A DNA stretch of 64,000 nt from Flavobacteriales bacterium (GCA_029247585.1 JAQWKY010000044.1:5010-69009); one strand, 5' to 3'; numbered from the stretch's first letter, positions 1 to 9,776 are shown. The notes: a model not told the origin generated them from the letters alone. Program-made: numbers and translations.

Positions 1-171
1 ATTGGATCACTTTGACAAATAAGTTCACCATATAGTACTTTGACGTAAAGTCAAGTCGATTGCAACAGGAAATACGCTAAAAAATGTTATATTTATTTGG
101 TACTTACATAAGTATGATTTTTTTTCTTTAAATTCGTGTAAAATAAAACTCTAACACAAGCCTATATTACT

Positions 172-900
172 ATGAAAAAATTAAATAACTTGAAGGGACT
201 AAGCCTTGCTATTGCATTGGGCTTGTTTTCCACAAGTGCAATGGCACAAGACTTTCGCAAAGCGTTAGACACGAAAAGATTTGCACAAGCCGTAAATACA
301 GGTGAGAATCACACCTTGCTTATATTGGATTCATCATGGGGTGATACCAAGCCCGAAATTGGCGATGAAATTGCAGCTTATGACTCTCAAGGAAATATGG
401 TGTCAAGCGTAGTTTACGTTGGCGAGCACACAGGTTTAGCTCTTTGGGGTGATGACGAGTATACACAAGAAAAGGAGGGCCTTGCCAAAGCTGAGAAATT
501 TCATTTAAAATGGTGGAAAAAAGCCAAAAATGAATTGGTTTCTCTCGAAGTTGCTGATTTTGAAAGAGGAGATGACACGTACAACAAAGACAAGATTTCG
601 GTCATTTCAGACATCAAGTCAAAGGAGGTCTTAACGCAAGATTTAGAACTTTTCCAAAACGTACCTAACCCCGTTGCAGACCATACTGAGATAAATTTCT
701 ACCTACCGCAAAAAAAAGACGTCTACCTAGGAGTCTTTAATAGTCTTGGACAAGAAGTAATGGTCCTCGCTAACGAAACTTTCGAAGCCGGTTCCCACAA
801 GGTTGAGATGATTGCTCCGAACTTAGAAGCTGGTATTTACTTTTACAACCTAGTTTCTGGTGAAGAAAAACTAACCAAACAAATGACTGTTGTCAAGTAA
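172..900 (+). CDS. Secreted protein of unknown function with T9SS C-terminal sorting domain
   Basis: 242-aa ORF. Signal peptide (..LFSTSAMAQ). The last ~80 aa follow the Por_Secre_tail pattern (VPNPV..INFYL..GIYFYNLV..). Confidence 0.7.
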   Translation: MKKLNNLKGLSLAIALGLFSTSAMAQDFRKALDTKRFAQAVNTGENHTLLILDSSWGDTKPEIGDEIAAYDSQGNMVSSVVYVGEHTGLALWGDDEYTQEKEGLAKAEKFHLKWWKKAKNELVSLEVADFERGDDTYNKDKISVISDIKSKEVLTQDLELFQNVPNPVADHTEINFYLPQKKDVYLGVFNSLGQEVMVLANETFEAGSHKVEMIAPNLEAGIYFYNLVSGEEKLTKQMTVVK

Positions 901-925
901 AAAAACACATTCAATTTATTACAAA

Positions 926-954
926 AAAGCCGTCCTTGAGTGACGGTTTTTTTT
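926..954 (+). terminator. Rho-independent terminator after the 172-900 gene
   Basis: Hairpin CCGTC/GACGG (930-946) followed by a T8 run. Confidence 0.6.
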
Positions 955-1028
955 GTGTATCAAAAAGATAGAATACTCTTTTAGGGTTCTTTTTCTGATG
1001 ATTATTTTCCTATTTTTGTCCGTATATT

Positions 1029-2603
1029 TTGATGTGTATGCCTAAATTGAAACTCGTTTTTCTTACCCTTACAATTTGTCTGAGCAGTTATTCTGTTGCC
1101 CAAGACTTGCATGATGTCAAGATTGGAGAAACTCTATACAGTATTTCTAAGAAATACAATGTTAGCATTCAGGATCTTGTTAAAGCAAATCCCGAAGCTA
1201 AAAGAGGTTTGCACCAAGGAATGAACATTTTAATACCCACTTTCCATAAAGATACGGACACGATTGCCTACAAACTTCACAAGGTAAGACCGCTGGAATC
1301 TTTTTACTCCATAAAATCAAAGTATGGGGTAGGACAAAGGGAATTACTAGAACTAAACCCCTCTTTATCGGACGGTTTTAGATCGGGAAGGGAAATTAAA
1401 ATCCCTATAGAAGAAAAAGAAAATACATTAGAAATATTACAATTCATCACCAATGAAAATGAATCCGACTTTATCGATAAATTAAAAAATCGAAAATCGA
1501 AATTCAAAAAAAAGGATCAATACAACATTGCCTTTTTACTCCCCTTATATCTTGATAAAAACGACACCATAGAAGCCTACCAAAACTTGGAGGAAGAAAC
1601 TGAAATTTATAAAAAAACACATTATGCCCTTGACTTTTATTCAGGAGCCAAAATTGCTCTGGACACACTAAATAAGGCGGGCATGAGCTTAAACATTCAT
1701 GTATTTGACACCAAAAACGACCCTCATGAGACCTTTGATTTAGTCACTAAAAGCACATTTAATAACATGGATCTCGTCATTGGTCCATTCTATTCAAACA
1801 ATTTTAAAATTGCTGCTGAAATACTGAGCCGAAGAAAAATTCCTATTGTAGCCCCTTTGTCTACAAAAAGTAATCTTTTGGAAAATGCACCCCATACTTT
1901 TCAAGTCATTCCTACTCCAAAACGACAGGTTACCTATCTTTCGGAATATATTACTGAATTGTATGCACATGAATGCATCACGCTTGTACGAAGAAACAGT
2001 GAAGAGGATGAAAACAATGCGAAATGGATGCTTTCTTCTTTAAACCTAGATTCCGTATCAAATTACAAAGAAGTGCTCGTAGAAGGGCCTGTAATCGACT
2101 CCATACACCATGAAATAGACTCGATGGCAGTGAAAAATGTTTTTTTGATCCCCTCAACTGAAAAAGCCTTTGTTACAGATGTACTGACCAAGCTCAATGC
2201 AACAAGAGACAGCTCTCTTATAGTATTCGGGATGCCCGACTGGTATAAGTTTAAAGAATTGGACTATAATTATCTAATGAATTTAGATGTACACATTCCC
2301 AACAGTGGATTTCTGTCCTATCAAGATTCTTTAACTCAGTACTTTGTAAAAAACTACCAAGGATCAACTCGAAATGCTCCCAACGAAAGATTTGCATTTG
2401 CAGGCTTTGACATTACCTATTACTTTTTATCAATTTTAAAAGAAAATGGAGGCATTTCGTCGAGTATGTATCTTGAACCAAAAAATCTTCTAAACATGAA
2501 TTTCGACTACAATTACATTCGAAATCGAAGAGATGGTTCACGAAACCAATCGGTACAAATCATCAAATACGATGATTTTAAAATTGTACCCATAAACGAA
2601 TAA
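1029..2603 (+). CDS. LysM-domain protein fused to a periplasmic-binding-protein-like (type I PBP) domain
   Basis: 524 aa. Two LysM repeats (HDVKIGETLYSISKKYNVSIQDLVKANP.. and HKVRPLESFYSIKSKYGVGQRELLELNP..). The ORF-track start is TTG; ATG at 1032 or 1038 (MPKLKLVFL.. signal peptide) is more likely. Confidence 0.7.
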   Translation: MMCMPKLKLVFLTLTICLSSYSVAQDLHDVKIGETLYSISKKYNVSIQDLVKANPEAKRGLHQGMNILIPTFHKDTDTIAYKLHKVRPLESFYSIKSKYGVGQRELLELNPSLSDGFRSGREIKIPIEEKENTLEILQFITNENESDFIDKLKNRKSKFKKKDQYNIAFLLPLYLDKNDTIEAYQNLEEETEIYKKTHYALDFYSGAKIALDTLNKAGMSLNIHVFDTKNDPHETFDLVTKSTFNNMDLVIGPFYSNNFKIAAEILSRRKIPIVAPLSTKSNLLENAPHTFQVIPTPKRQVTYLSEYITELYAHECITLVRRNSEEDENNAKWMLSSLNLDSVSNYKEVLVEGPVIDSIHHEIDSMAVKNVFLIPSTEKAFVTDVLTKLNATRDSSLIVFGMPDWYKFKELDYNYLMNLDVHIPNSGFLSYQDSLTQYFVKNYQGSTRNAPNERFAFAGFDITYYFLSILKENGGISSSMYLEPKNLLNMNFDYNYIRNRRDGSRNQSVQIIKYDDFKIVPINE

Positions 2604-2605
2604 GC

Positions 2606-3385
2606 CTAGCGGATATTTTTAATAAAGTTTAAAACCTGGGTGTTAAAAATTATAGGTTGCTCGACATTTACCACGTGCCCACAGTTAGGAATGACATAAA
2701 GTGCAGAGGAAGAATGATTTTTGACCAACTTGGTAATAGAAGGTAGAAACATATGGTCCTCTTCCCCCATTACGTAAAGCGTAGGAATGCCAGAATCTTT
2801 GATTCGAAATAAGGCCAATAAAGGATTCACTTCCGAAACAAGCGTAAACCAGCGCTTAAACTCTTTCTGATAGAGCTTTTTAGCTTCATTAATGAACAAA
2901 TTTCGAGATGCTCTGTGCTTTTTTCTAGGCATTATGATAACAGCAAAAAACTTATACAGCAATAAGTACGGGATAACGGACTTCAAAAGAACGCCCAATC
3001 GCATTAGAATTTGACCTCTAAAATTCAACTTCATAACTGCCCCTGCCATAATCATACTATTACTCCTCTCAGGATAACGTTCTGCAATTTCTCTGATGAT
3101 TATTGTTCCAAGTGAAATTCCGATAAAATGACTTTTTTGAATTTTCAAATGATCCAAAACCTCAATAACCTCATCACTTATCACATCAAAAGTATAGGAT
3201 TTCAGCTTCTCATAGATAGGGCTTTTAGACTTTCCGTGCCCTCTCAGATCTATAAGAAGTACATTGTAATGCTTTTTGAAATCTCTGAGCTGTTTATACC
3301 ATATAGAGCTGCTTCCACCAGCACCATGGATAAAAGTTACCCAATCAAGTTTATCATCAAGTATATGTGTACTGAAATGAAGCAT
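2606..3385 (-). CDS. Alpha/beta-fold hydrolase
   Basis: 259 aa. HGAGGS near the N-terminus, nucleophile elbow GISLG, late NCGH. Confidence 0.7.
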   Translation of the reverse strand: MLHFSTHILDDKLDWVTFIHGAGGSSSIWYKQLRDFKKHYNVLLIDLRGHGKSKSPIYEKLKSYTFDVISDEVIEVLDHLKIQKSHFIGISLGTIIIREIAERYPERSNSMIMAGAVMKLNFRGQILMRLGVLLKSVIPYLLLYKFFAVIIMPRKKHRASRNLFINEAKKLYQKEFKRWFTLVSEVNPLLALFRIKDSGIPTLYVMGEEDHMFLPSITKLVKNHSSSALYVIPNCGHVVNVEQPIIFNTQVLNFIKNIR

Positions 3386-3388
3386 TAA

Positions 3389-3448
3389 TTTGTCTTATTA
3401 CTTTTTTGTTACGGCACAGAAACGAGCGCGGAACAATAATAAGACAAA
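3389..3448 (-). promoter_or_regulatory. 12-bp perfect stem-loop abutting the start codon of the hydrolase gene
   Basis: TTTGTCTTATTA (3389-3400) pairs with TAATAAGACAAA (3437-3448) across a 36-nt loop. In the mRNA the 3' arm ends 3 nt before the ATG (3385). Confidence 0.4.
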
Positions 3449-3577
3449 AATAACTTTTATTCAAAACAAATTTAGAGGACTTCGAACGACCAAATTATGA
3501 AAGAGCTATTTATTCAAACTTTGCCATGACTAGCCTCTTTAAAACATTAAATTAGAAGTTAGAAATATCGTTTACAA

Positions 3578-4537
3578 TTAATGTTTTATCCAAGGTAAGT
3601 TGACGGTTTTTTTGTCAGAAAACACCTTCAACATATAAATCCCAGGCGACAAATTCTCTAGCCCCAACTCATAAGACTCATTGGCCTGAACCTGAGTGTA
3701 TTTCTGATCAAAAACCATCTTACCGGCAACATTTACCACCTGAATATGCAGTTGCTCTACAAATTGATTTGAACGCATGTAAAGTTGATGCTTTGAAGGA
3801 TTCGGATACAAGTCGAGCTCAAAAACTTCTAACTCATCTGCACCCAATTCATCTGCATCACAAATGCCGTCATCATCAGCGTCGTTGTCAACAATCTTAC
3901 CCGTACCATCTGTTTCTGGAGAACAAGAAGCGCAAGCATCTAGATCCGTTGGATAAATGCAATAACTCTTATCATCAAAAGTGGGAATAGAAGCTATATA
4001 ATTGCATGCCGTGGGATCTGTGCAAGCAGTCACTTTTAAACGAATTTGAGGCAGAAGAGAATCCGGGAAATGCACATAAATCGATGGGCTTGAGCTCACA
4101 ACACCATTGCTTACAACATTAAAATAGGTTCTGAGTTTAAATTTATATTTTAAGTCATGAATCCCCGCTTGGGTCGGAGTGCCCGATAAAATAATTTCCG
4201 CCCAATCTTGGGCATTAAACATGGTTGAATCACCTATACTGGTCTGAATTCCCGGAGGCAATGCTAAAGAATGTATTTCCAATGAATCGTTGTAAATTCT
4301 GACCGGACCCTGTTCCATAACAATATCCTGGTAAGGGGTTAAAACTTTTATCTTTATCTCTTCACGAAATAATTGATTGATAGGTGCTTCTAAAAATATT
4401 AGGGAAGTATCTCCATTAAGCGTATAACCGTTAGGAGGTGAAATTTCAAATTTTATTTTACTGGACGTAAATTCAAAGGATTGAGCATAAGAAATAGAAA
4501 CAATCAAAAGACTGAAAAATGTAAGTAATTTTCTCAT
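3578..4537 (-). CDS. T9SS-sorted secreted protein with a Cys-rich ACNY / DNDADDDG-C cassette
   Basis: 319 aa. Signal peptide. CTDPTACNY..C.YP..DNDADDDGICDADE cassette. C-terminal LYPNPS..GIYMLKV sorting domain. Confidence 0.7.
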   Translation of the reverse strand: MRKLLTFFSLLIVSISYAQSFEFTSSKIKFEISPPNGYTLNGDTSLIFLEAPINQLFREEIKIKVLTPYQDIVMEQGPVRIYNDSLEIHSLALPPGIQTSIGDSTMFNAQDWAEIILSGTPTQAGIHDLKYKFKLRTYFNVVSNGVVSSSPSIYVHFPDSLLPQIRLKVTACTDPTACNYIASIPTFDDKSYCIYPTDLDACASCSPETDGTGKIVDNDADDDGICDADELGADELEVFELDLYPNPSKHQLYMRSNQFVEQLHIQVVNVAGKMVFDQKYTQVQANESYELGLENLSPGIYMLKVFSDKKTVNLPWIKH

Positions 4538-4745
4538 AATTAATTGATTTAATTTATATTAAAACGCATCCAAAGGGGACACAAACAAGTGTTAATTCAA
4601 ATATTAAGAGGGGCGGGTATTAATTTAGAAAGTCTTACAAAAACGAACAATTGTCGGTTCGATTCGTACAATTTACAAAAATATACTATCAACCACAATT
4701 CCTTTTTGAAGCGCAACGCTTCAAGAATTATTATCGGTAATTAAA

Positions 4746-7271
4746 TTATTGTTTCATCCAAGGGACAACAACCAATTGCTTATCGTTAGATACTTTCATT
4801 AGATACAATCCATCAGATAAATGACTTACATCCAACTCAATAAGCTCATCTGAATGCACATTTCTCACCTCTAACTCGAACAGCAAAGCCCCCATAACAT
4901 TCATCACCTCAAGCAGTAAACGTCCTTGGGAATGATCTGTATCTACATAAACTTTTTCCGATGCGGGGTTAGGATGTATGTGAAGACCAAGGTCATCAAA
5001 TTCATGAATACCAAGTTGCTCATCACAAACGCCATCAGCATCAGCATCATTGAGACATGCTCCAGAACAATCTAAATAGACTTCTGTGGGATAGGTACAA
5101 AGACTATCGTCTCTGTCTGTAGTTGATCTAACATCATAATTACAAGCTTTAGCATCTTTACAAGCCTCAATTTCATCTGCATTGCACACACCGTCATCGT
5201 CAGCATCATTATCTACGATCGTTCCATCTACGCAGGTCTGACAAACCCCATCTAAAGAAGCCTCTTTTTGGATTTGACCAGCATCACACAAATCGCAGGA
5301 TGTAGGCACAACACAAGAACCATCATCCTCAATAGCCTCTTCGTTGTAATTACATGCAATCTTATCCATGCATCCTTTTATAATTTCTCTTACGAAAACA
5401 CCATAATCATCGGCTCTTTGTGCTACTGCTGCTCCACAAACTTCTGGCTCATCAGTTGAATTTGAAATCACCCTCATTCGCAATAGACGATTGACAACAG
5501 ATTCATCAGGAACGGTGAAATCTACTTCAACTGACCCTTCTTCATTTTTAGAGATCTCATCACTTAGGATGAGTTCATTAATTTCTTTGTTATTTGTAAG
5601 ATCAAATGTGCCGCTATTGTCCCAATCAATCCAAATTTCTAAAAACTGTTTATCATCTTCATCAGCCACATAAGTCGCACTAAGAGTGTAATCCGCTCCA
5701 TTAGTTAAAATTGTGTTTTGAGAACAGGTAAAGTCCTGCATTGAACTTTTCGGTATAAACGTACTTGTGGCATGGTCTAGTGTATTTAAAGTTACATGGG
5801 TTACACCAAGATCGTAATCTCCACTATGATTTAAACTCGATGAGCTACAAGTACTTACCAGTCCTTCTGACACGGTTATGAAATTTGATTTGGTAAGGCT
5901 GCTTGTTCCGTGTGAATTTGTAATTTCTAAGCTTACATCATAAGTTCCCGTATCATCAAAAATAATGTTAGGATTCTGATCCGTTGAATGGTAAGGTGTA
6001 TTTACACCATTGTCAAAAGTCCAATGGAATGTAATACTATCCAAGGGATCATTGGTGTACGCATTGGGAGTACAAGTTGACTCATTGGTAAAGGTCAATG
6101 AACTACCAAGACAAATTAAAAGTGCAGCAGCAGAAAAATCAACGGATGCCATCGCTGGAGGAGTCAGAGCTGTATTTCCGTTTTCGGCAAGAAAAGAGGC
6201 TCTTTCGTTCATCAAGGCAGACTTTGCTACTACTCTTTGTCCATAGGTGAATTCGCTGGCACAGTCCGAATAATCCATGTAATTAAGCACATGGTCTTGA
6301 TGTGTTCCGTTCCCTTTATGCGTTGGCGACATTTGAATGTTAAAGTTTGGATCACAAGAATTCTCATCCGTATTATCACAATCCTTATACAAGCCATCTA
6401 TAAACGCGGTTCTTATGTGTTTTGGAGTATCATCGATTCCATCATCGCCACATTGGTAGGTTCCATCATTCGCAGCGTCATCACCATCAAAGGTATGTGG
6501 TAAACTAAATGCATGCCCTATTTCATGAGCCAAGGTAACATCAGATTCGTTAGTAAAAGAACAGAACAAAACAACAGAACCATCCGAATCTTTTCCGTGT
6601 TCAGAAGCATAATAAGCATACCCTGCCGTAAAATTATCACTGACGCAGTTACTGTTGTCAATTTCATCAACCAACCAAATGTTGTAGTATTTTGTGGGAT
6701 CCCAATGACTGTATTCTTTGAGTGAATTTATCTCTAAATCATCATCATGGTCTGGTATTCCGTCAGATTCATCTGCATTAACCCCAAAGTTAACATAGGG
6801 CATGACAGCACTCATATCTTTGCGAACAATACCGTTGGTACAATTTCCATTTTCATCCTGAACCGCCAGAACAAATTCAATTTCCATATCCACGCCATTG
6901 CCATCGCCCATAGAGCCAGATACTTTTCTCCAAAAATTATTTAAATAACGTATCCCATCCTTTACCTCTTCATCGGAAATATTCGTCCCCATACCCAAAG
7001 ACTCACCCTTATGCATAATATGAACTACAACAGGAACTTGATAAACACCGGAAGCTAACCGATAGGATGCTTTTTTAGCATTTTCTCTGTTTTTCCGACT
7101 CTTTTGATAACGCAATTTGTAGCTTTTATCATTCTCCATCATTTTATCATGAAAAAAATCTGCACCACAAAACCTATCGTTTAAAGGCTTTGTATCTACC
7201 CTATGCTTCTGTGCAATTGTAGAAAAGCTCTGAAAGAAAAAAAATGTCAAAAGGAAAAGTGAATATCTCAT
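4746..7271 (-). CDS. Secreted metzincin-like zinc metalloprotease (M43/pappalysin-like) with PKD-like, GEVED-like and Cys-rich modules and a T9SS CTD
   Basis: 841 aa. Signal peptide. Zinc site LAHEIGHAFSLPHTF. PKD-like segment (FHWTFDNG..GTYDVSLEITN). WIDWDNSGTFD segment. Three ACNY/DNDADDDGVC cassettes. C-terminal HPNPAS..GLYLMKV. Confidence 0.75.
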   Translation of the reverse strand: MRYSLFLLTFFFFQSFSTIAQKHRVDTKPLNDRFCGADFFHDKMMENDKSYKLRYQKSRKNRENAKKASYRLASGVYQVPVVVHIMHKGESLGMGTNISDEEVKDGIRYLNNFWRKVSGSMGDGNGVDMEIEFVLAVQDENGNCTNGIVRKDMSAVMPYVNFGVNADESDGIPDHDDDLEINSLKEYSHWDPTKYYNIWLVDEIDNSNCVSDNFTAGYAYYASEHGKDSDGSVVLFCSFTNESDVTLAHEIGHAFSLPHTFDGDDAANDGTYQCGDDGIDDTPKHIRTAFIDGLYKDCDNTDENSCDPNFNIQMSPTHKGNGTHQDHVLNYMDYSDCASEFTYGQRVVAKSALMNERASFLAENGNTALTPPAMASVDFSAAALLICLGSSLTFTNESTCTPNAYTNDPLDSITFHWTFDNGVNTPYHSTDQNPNIIFDDTGTYDVSLEITNSHGTSSLTKSNFITVSEGLVSTCSSSSLNHSGDYDLGVTHVTLNTLDHATSTFIPKSSMQDFTCSQNTILTNGADYTLSATYVADEDDKQFLEIWIDWDNSGTFDLTNNKEINELILSDEISKNEEGSVEVDFTVPDESVVNRLLRMRVISNSTDEPEVCGAAVAQRADDYGVFVREIIKGCMDKIACNYNEEAIEDDGSCVVPTSCDLCDAGQIQKEASLDGVCQTCVDGTIVDNDADDDGVCNADEIEACKDAKACNYDVRSTTDRDDSLCTYPTEVYLDCSGACLNDADADGVCDEQLGIHEFDDLGLHIHPNPASEKVYVDTDHSQGRLLLEVMNVMGALLFELEVRNVHSDELIELDVSHLSDGLYLMKVSNDKQLVVVPWMKQ

Positions 7272-7425
7272 ATCTTAAACTTAAACATTATTGGACAAAT
7301 CATTTTATCTACTATGTTGAAACAAAAATGATACCAAACTAAATAGCAGAGAATCCCCCCTGATCTAAAGGAGTTAAGAAGATAAACTAGAGTAAGGGAA
7401 TAAGAATTAAGAAAGGGTAATCTTA

Positions 7426-8706
7426 TTAAAAATTGGCTTCAAATTTATTTTGAATTTCCTTCAAACAAAGATTGCCTATACTACCTTCATGAGAATGAAT
7501 TACTTTTTTATCTGGATTAAAATCACCCGCAAAAATTTCAGTCCCCAATTTCTTATAAGCATCTCGGAAAGTCATACCACTCATAACGAGCTTGTTAACC
7601 TCCTCAACACTATACATGTAGTCATAAATGGCGTCGTCAACAGCGTCTTGATTTACGATAACGTGCTGCAACATAAAGCTTGTGACCTCCAAATTGTCCT
7701 TTAAGATATCTATAGCTTCCATGTAGTTTTCTTTCAGCAATTGAAAATCTCTGTGGTATCCGCTGGTCAGATTATTGGTAATCATAATCATCTCTGTGGG
7801 TAAGTTTTGAACCTTATTACTCTTCGCTCGTAACAGTTCAAACACATCCGGATTTTGCTTGTGAGGCATGATGCTTGAACCTGTGGTAAGTTCTTTAGGG
7901 AAACCTAAAAAATTAAAGTTCTGACTCATGTACAAGCAAACGTCTGATGCTAACTTGGATAAAGTACTGGATACAGATGCCATGGCAAAAGCAGTTGTTT
8001 TCTCCAAGCGACCTCTACTCATCTGTGCAGCAACAACATTGTACTTTAGCGTTTCAAACCCCATAAGCTCAGTGGTCATCGTTCTGTTAATCGGAAAAGA
8101 AGAACCGTATCCTGCGGCAGAGCCTAGAGGGTTTTGATTACTGATTTTATAGGCTGCGTTTAACAGAATGAGATCGTCGATTAAACATTCTGCATAAGAT
8201 GCGAACCAAAGCCCAAAAGAAGAAGGCATCGCTACCTGAAGGTGAGTGTACCCTGGGATTAATACATCTTTGTATGTATCACTTAGTTCCATCAATGTAT
8301 CAAAGAGTTTTTTGACACCTTCTTTCATTTCAAGGATTTCTGCTTTCGTATACAAATGCAGATCCACCAAGACTTGATCATTTCGTGATCTTGCCGTGTG
8401 AATTTTTTTACCCGCATCTCCTATTTTCTGAACCAGTTCGAACTCAATTTTACTGTGGACATCCTCAAAAGAATCCTCGATAATAAAGGTTCCATCGTCA
8501 ATGGTCTTCTGAATTTCTGACAAACCTTTTAAAACAGCGTCCAACTCATCTTTTGAGAGAATATTGATACTATGAAGCATTTTGGCATGAGCCACACTAC
8601 CGGTAACATCGTGTTTGGCTAATTTTAAATCCAGTATGCGATCTTTACCAGTCGTATACTTGTCAACGATATTATTTGTAGTGTATCCTTTGTCCCAAAG
8701 TTTCAT
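7426..8706 (-). CDS. argH: Argininosuccinate lyase
   Basis: 426 aa. Fumarate-lyase signature GSSIMPHKQNP. Last gene of the arg operon. Confidence 0.9.
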   Translation of the reverse strand: MKLWDKGYTTNNIVDKYTTGKDRILDLKLAKHDVTGSVAHAKMLHSINILSKDELDAVLKGLSEIQKTIDDGTFIIEDSFEDVHSKIEFELVQKIGDAGKKIHTARSRNDQVLVDLHLYTKAEILEMKEGVKKLFDTLMELSDTYKDVLIPGYTHLQVAMPSSFGLWFASYAECLIDDLILLNAAYKISNQNPLGSAAGYGSSFPINRTMTTELMGFETLKYNVVAAQMSRGRLEKTTAFAMASVSSTLSKLASDVCLYMSQNFNFLGFPKELTTGSSIMPHKQNPDVFELLRAKSNKVQNLPTEMIMITNNLTSGYHRDFQLLKENYMEAIDILKDNLEVTSFMLQHVIVNQDAVDDAIYDYMYSVEEVNKLVMSGMTFRDAYKKLGTEIFAGDFNPDKKVIHSHEGSIGNLCLKEIQNKFEANF

Positions 8707-8717
8707 AGCTGCTGATT

Positions 8718-9774
8718 TTATAAAATTTTACTTAACATCTCTTTATACAGTCGAATGCCTTCTTCGATTTCGCTGACACAAACGTACTCATTAGAACTGT
8801 GTGATCGCAAGGATACACCAGGACCTAATTTTACAGAATTACAGCTTAACACAGACTGGTCCGATAGTGTAGGTGAACCGTAGGTCTTTCTACCCATATC
8901 TATTCCAGCCAGAACAAATGCATGGCCTTTATCTATGGATGAAGAATTCAACTTAAATGATCGAGGCTTCAGTTCACTCTTGGTATTCTCGGAGATGATA
9001 TCAAAAACTTCTCTATTGCTGTAAGCTTCGTTCACTCGAATATCTATCACAAAATGACATTCTGCAGGAACCAAGTTATGCAATTCTCCCGCCTTGATTT
9101 GTGTCACACTCATTTTCACCTTACCGAGTTGATCTGACACCTTAGAAAACTTGTAATTGTTAATCCACTCGATATCTTGAATGGCATTCATAATGGCATT
9201 TTTCTGTGTTTTCATGAGCTGCATGACCAGCAATACCTTTGGCATATGCATCGATGACCAACAATCCTTTTTCAGCGATGGCTAAATGCATTTCTGTAGG
9301 CTCTCCAACAATGGCAAAATCGATTTCTGGAAGTATTCCAAGAATACTATTTAGACCGTTTGGTCCAGAACTTTCTTCTTCTGCCGTAGCGGCAACAGCC
9401 AAATTGTATTTCATATTTTTTTGTTCGTAAAAATGAACAAAGGTCGAAAGTAAGCTTACTAAACATCCTCCAGCATCGTTACTACCCAATCCATACAACT
9501 TGTCACCTTCTATAAAAGCATCATAGGGATCATTGGTGTAGCCCTTATTTGGTCTAACCGTATCGTGATGAGAGTTCAATAAGATAGTTGGCTTATTTTC
9601 ATCAAAGTATTTATTGACAGCCCAAACGTTATTCTGAGTTCTATTGAAGGTAACTCCATGGTCTTTCAACCAGCCCTCAATAATAGCAGCAGTGTTGTGT
9701 TCTTCGCTAGAAAATGATTGTGTTTGAATCAATTTTTGAAGCAATTCAACAGCTATTTGGTATTGTTCTTTCAT
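8718..9774 (-). pseudogene. argE: ArgE/DapE-type M20 deacylase (acetyl/succinyl-ornithine or -citrulline deacylase) split by a 1-nt frameshift
   Basis: The N-terminal 204-aa ORF (9160-9774) and C-terminal 177-aa ORF (8718-9251) overlap and are colinear with one M20 enzyme. The frames join at ..GHAAHENTE|NAIMNAIQDIEW.. if one A is removed from the GAAAAAT run (plus-strand T5, 9199-9203). Confidence 0.75.
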
Positions 9775-9776
9775 AA

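Noticed and set aside
4746-7271. Six plus-strand ORFs of 60-88 aa (for example 5268-5459 and 6237-6503) antisense to the metalloprotease gene. There are similar antisense ORFs inside argH, argB, GH3, topB and other genes.
   Set aside because: All are fully nested antisense to long, well-supported CDSs and have low-complexity or stop-avoiding composition typical of shadow ORFs.
9160-9251. Programmed ribosomal frameshift or transcriptional slippage as the explanation for the split argE.
   Set aside because: The run is only A5, too short for efficient transcriptional slippage. I saw no recognisable slippery heptamer with a downstream stimulatory structure. A simple indel, real or artefactual, is the more economical explanation.
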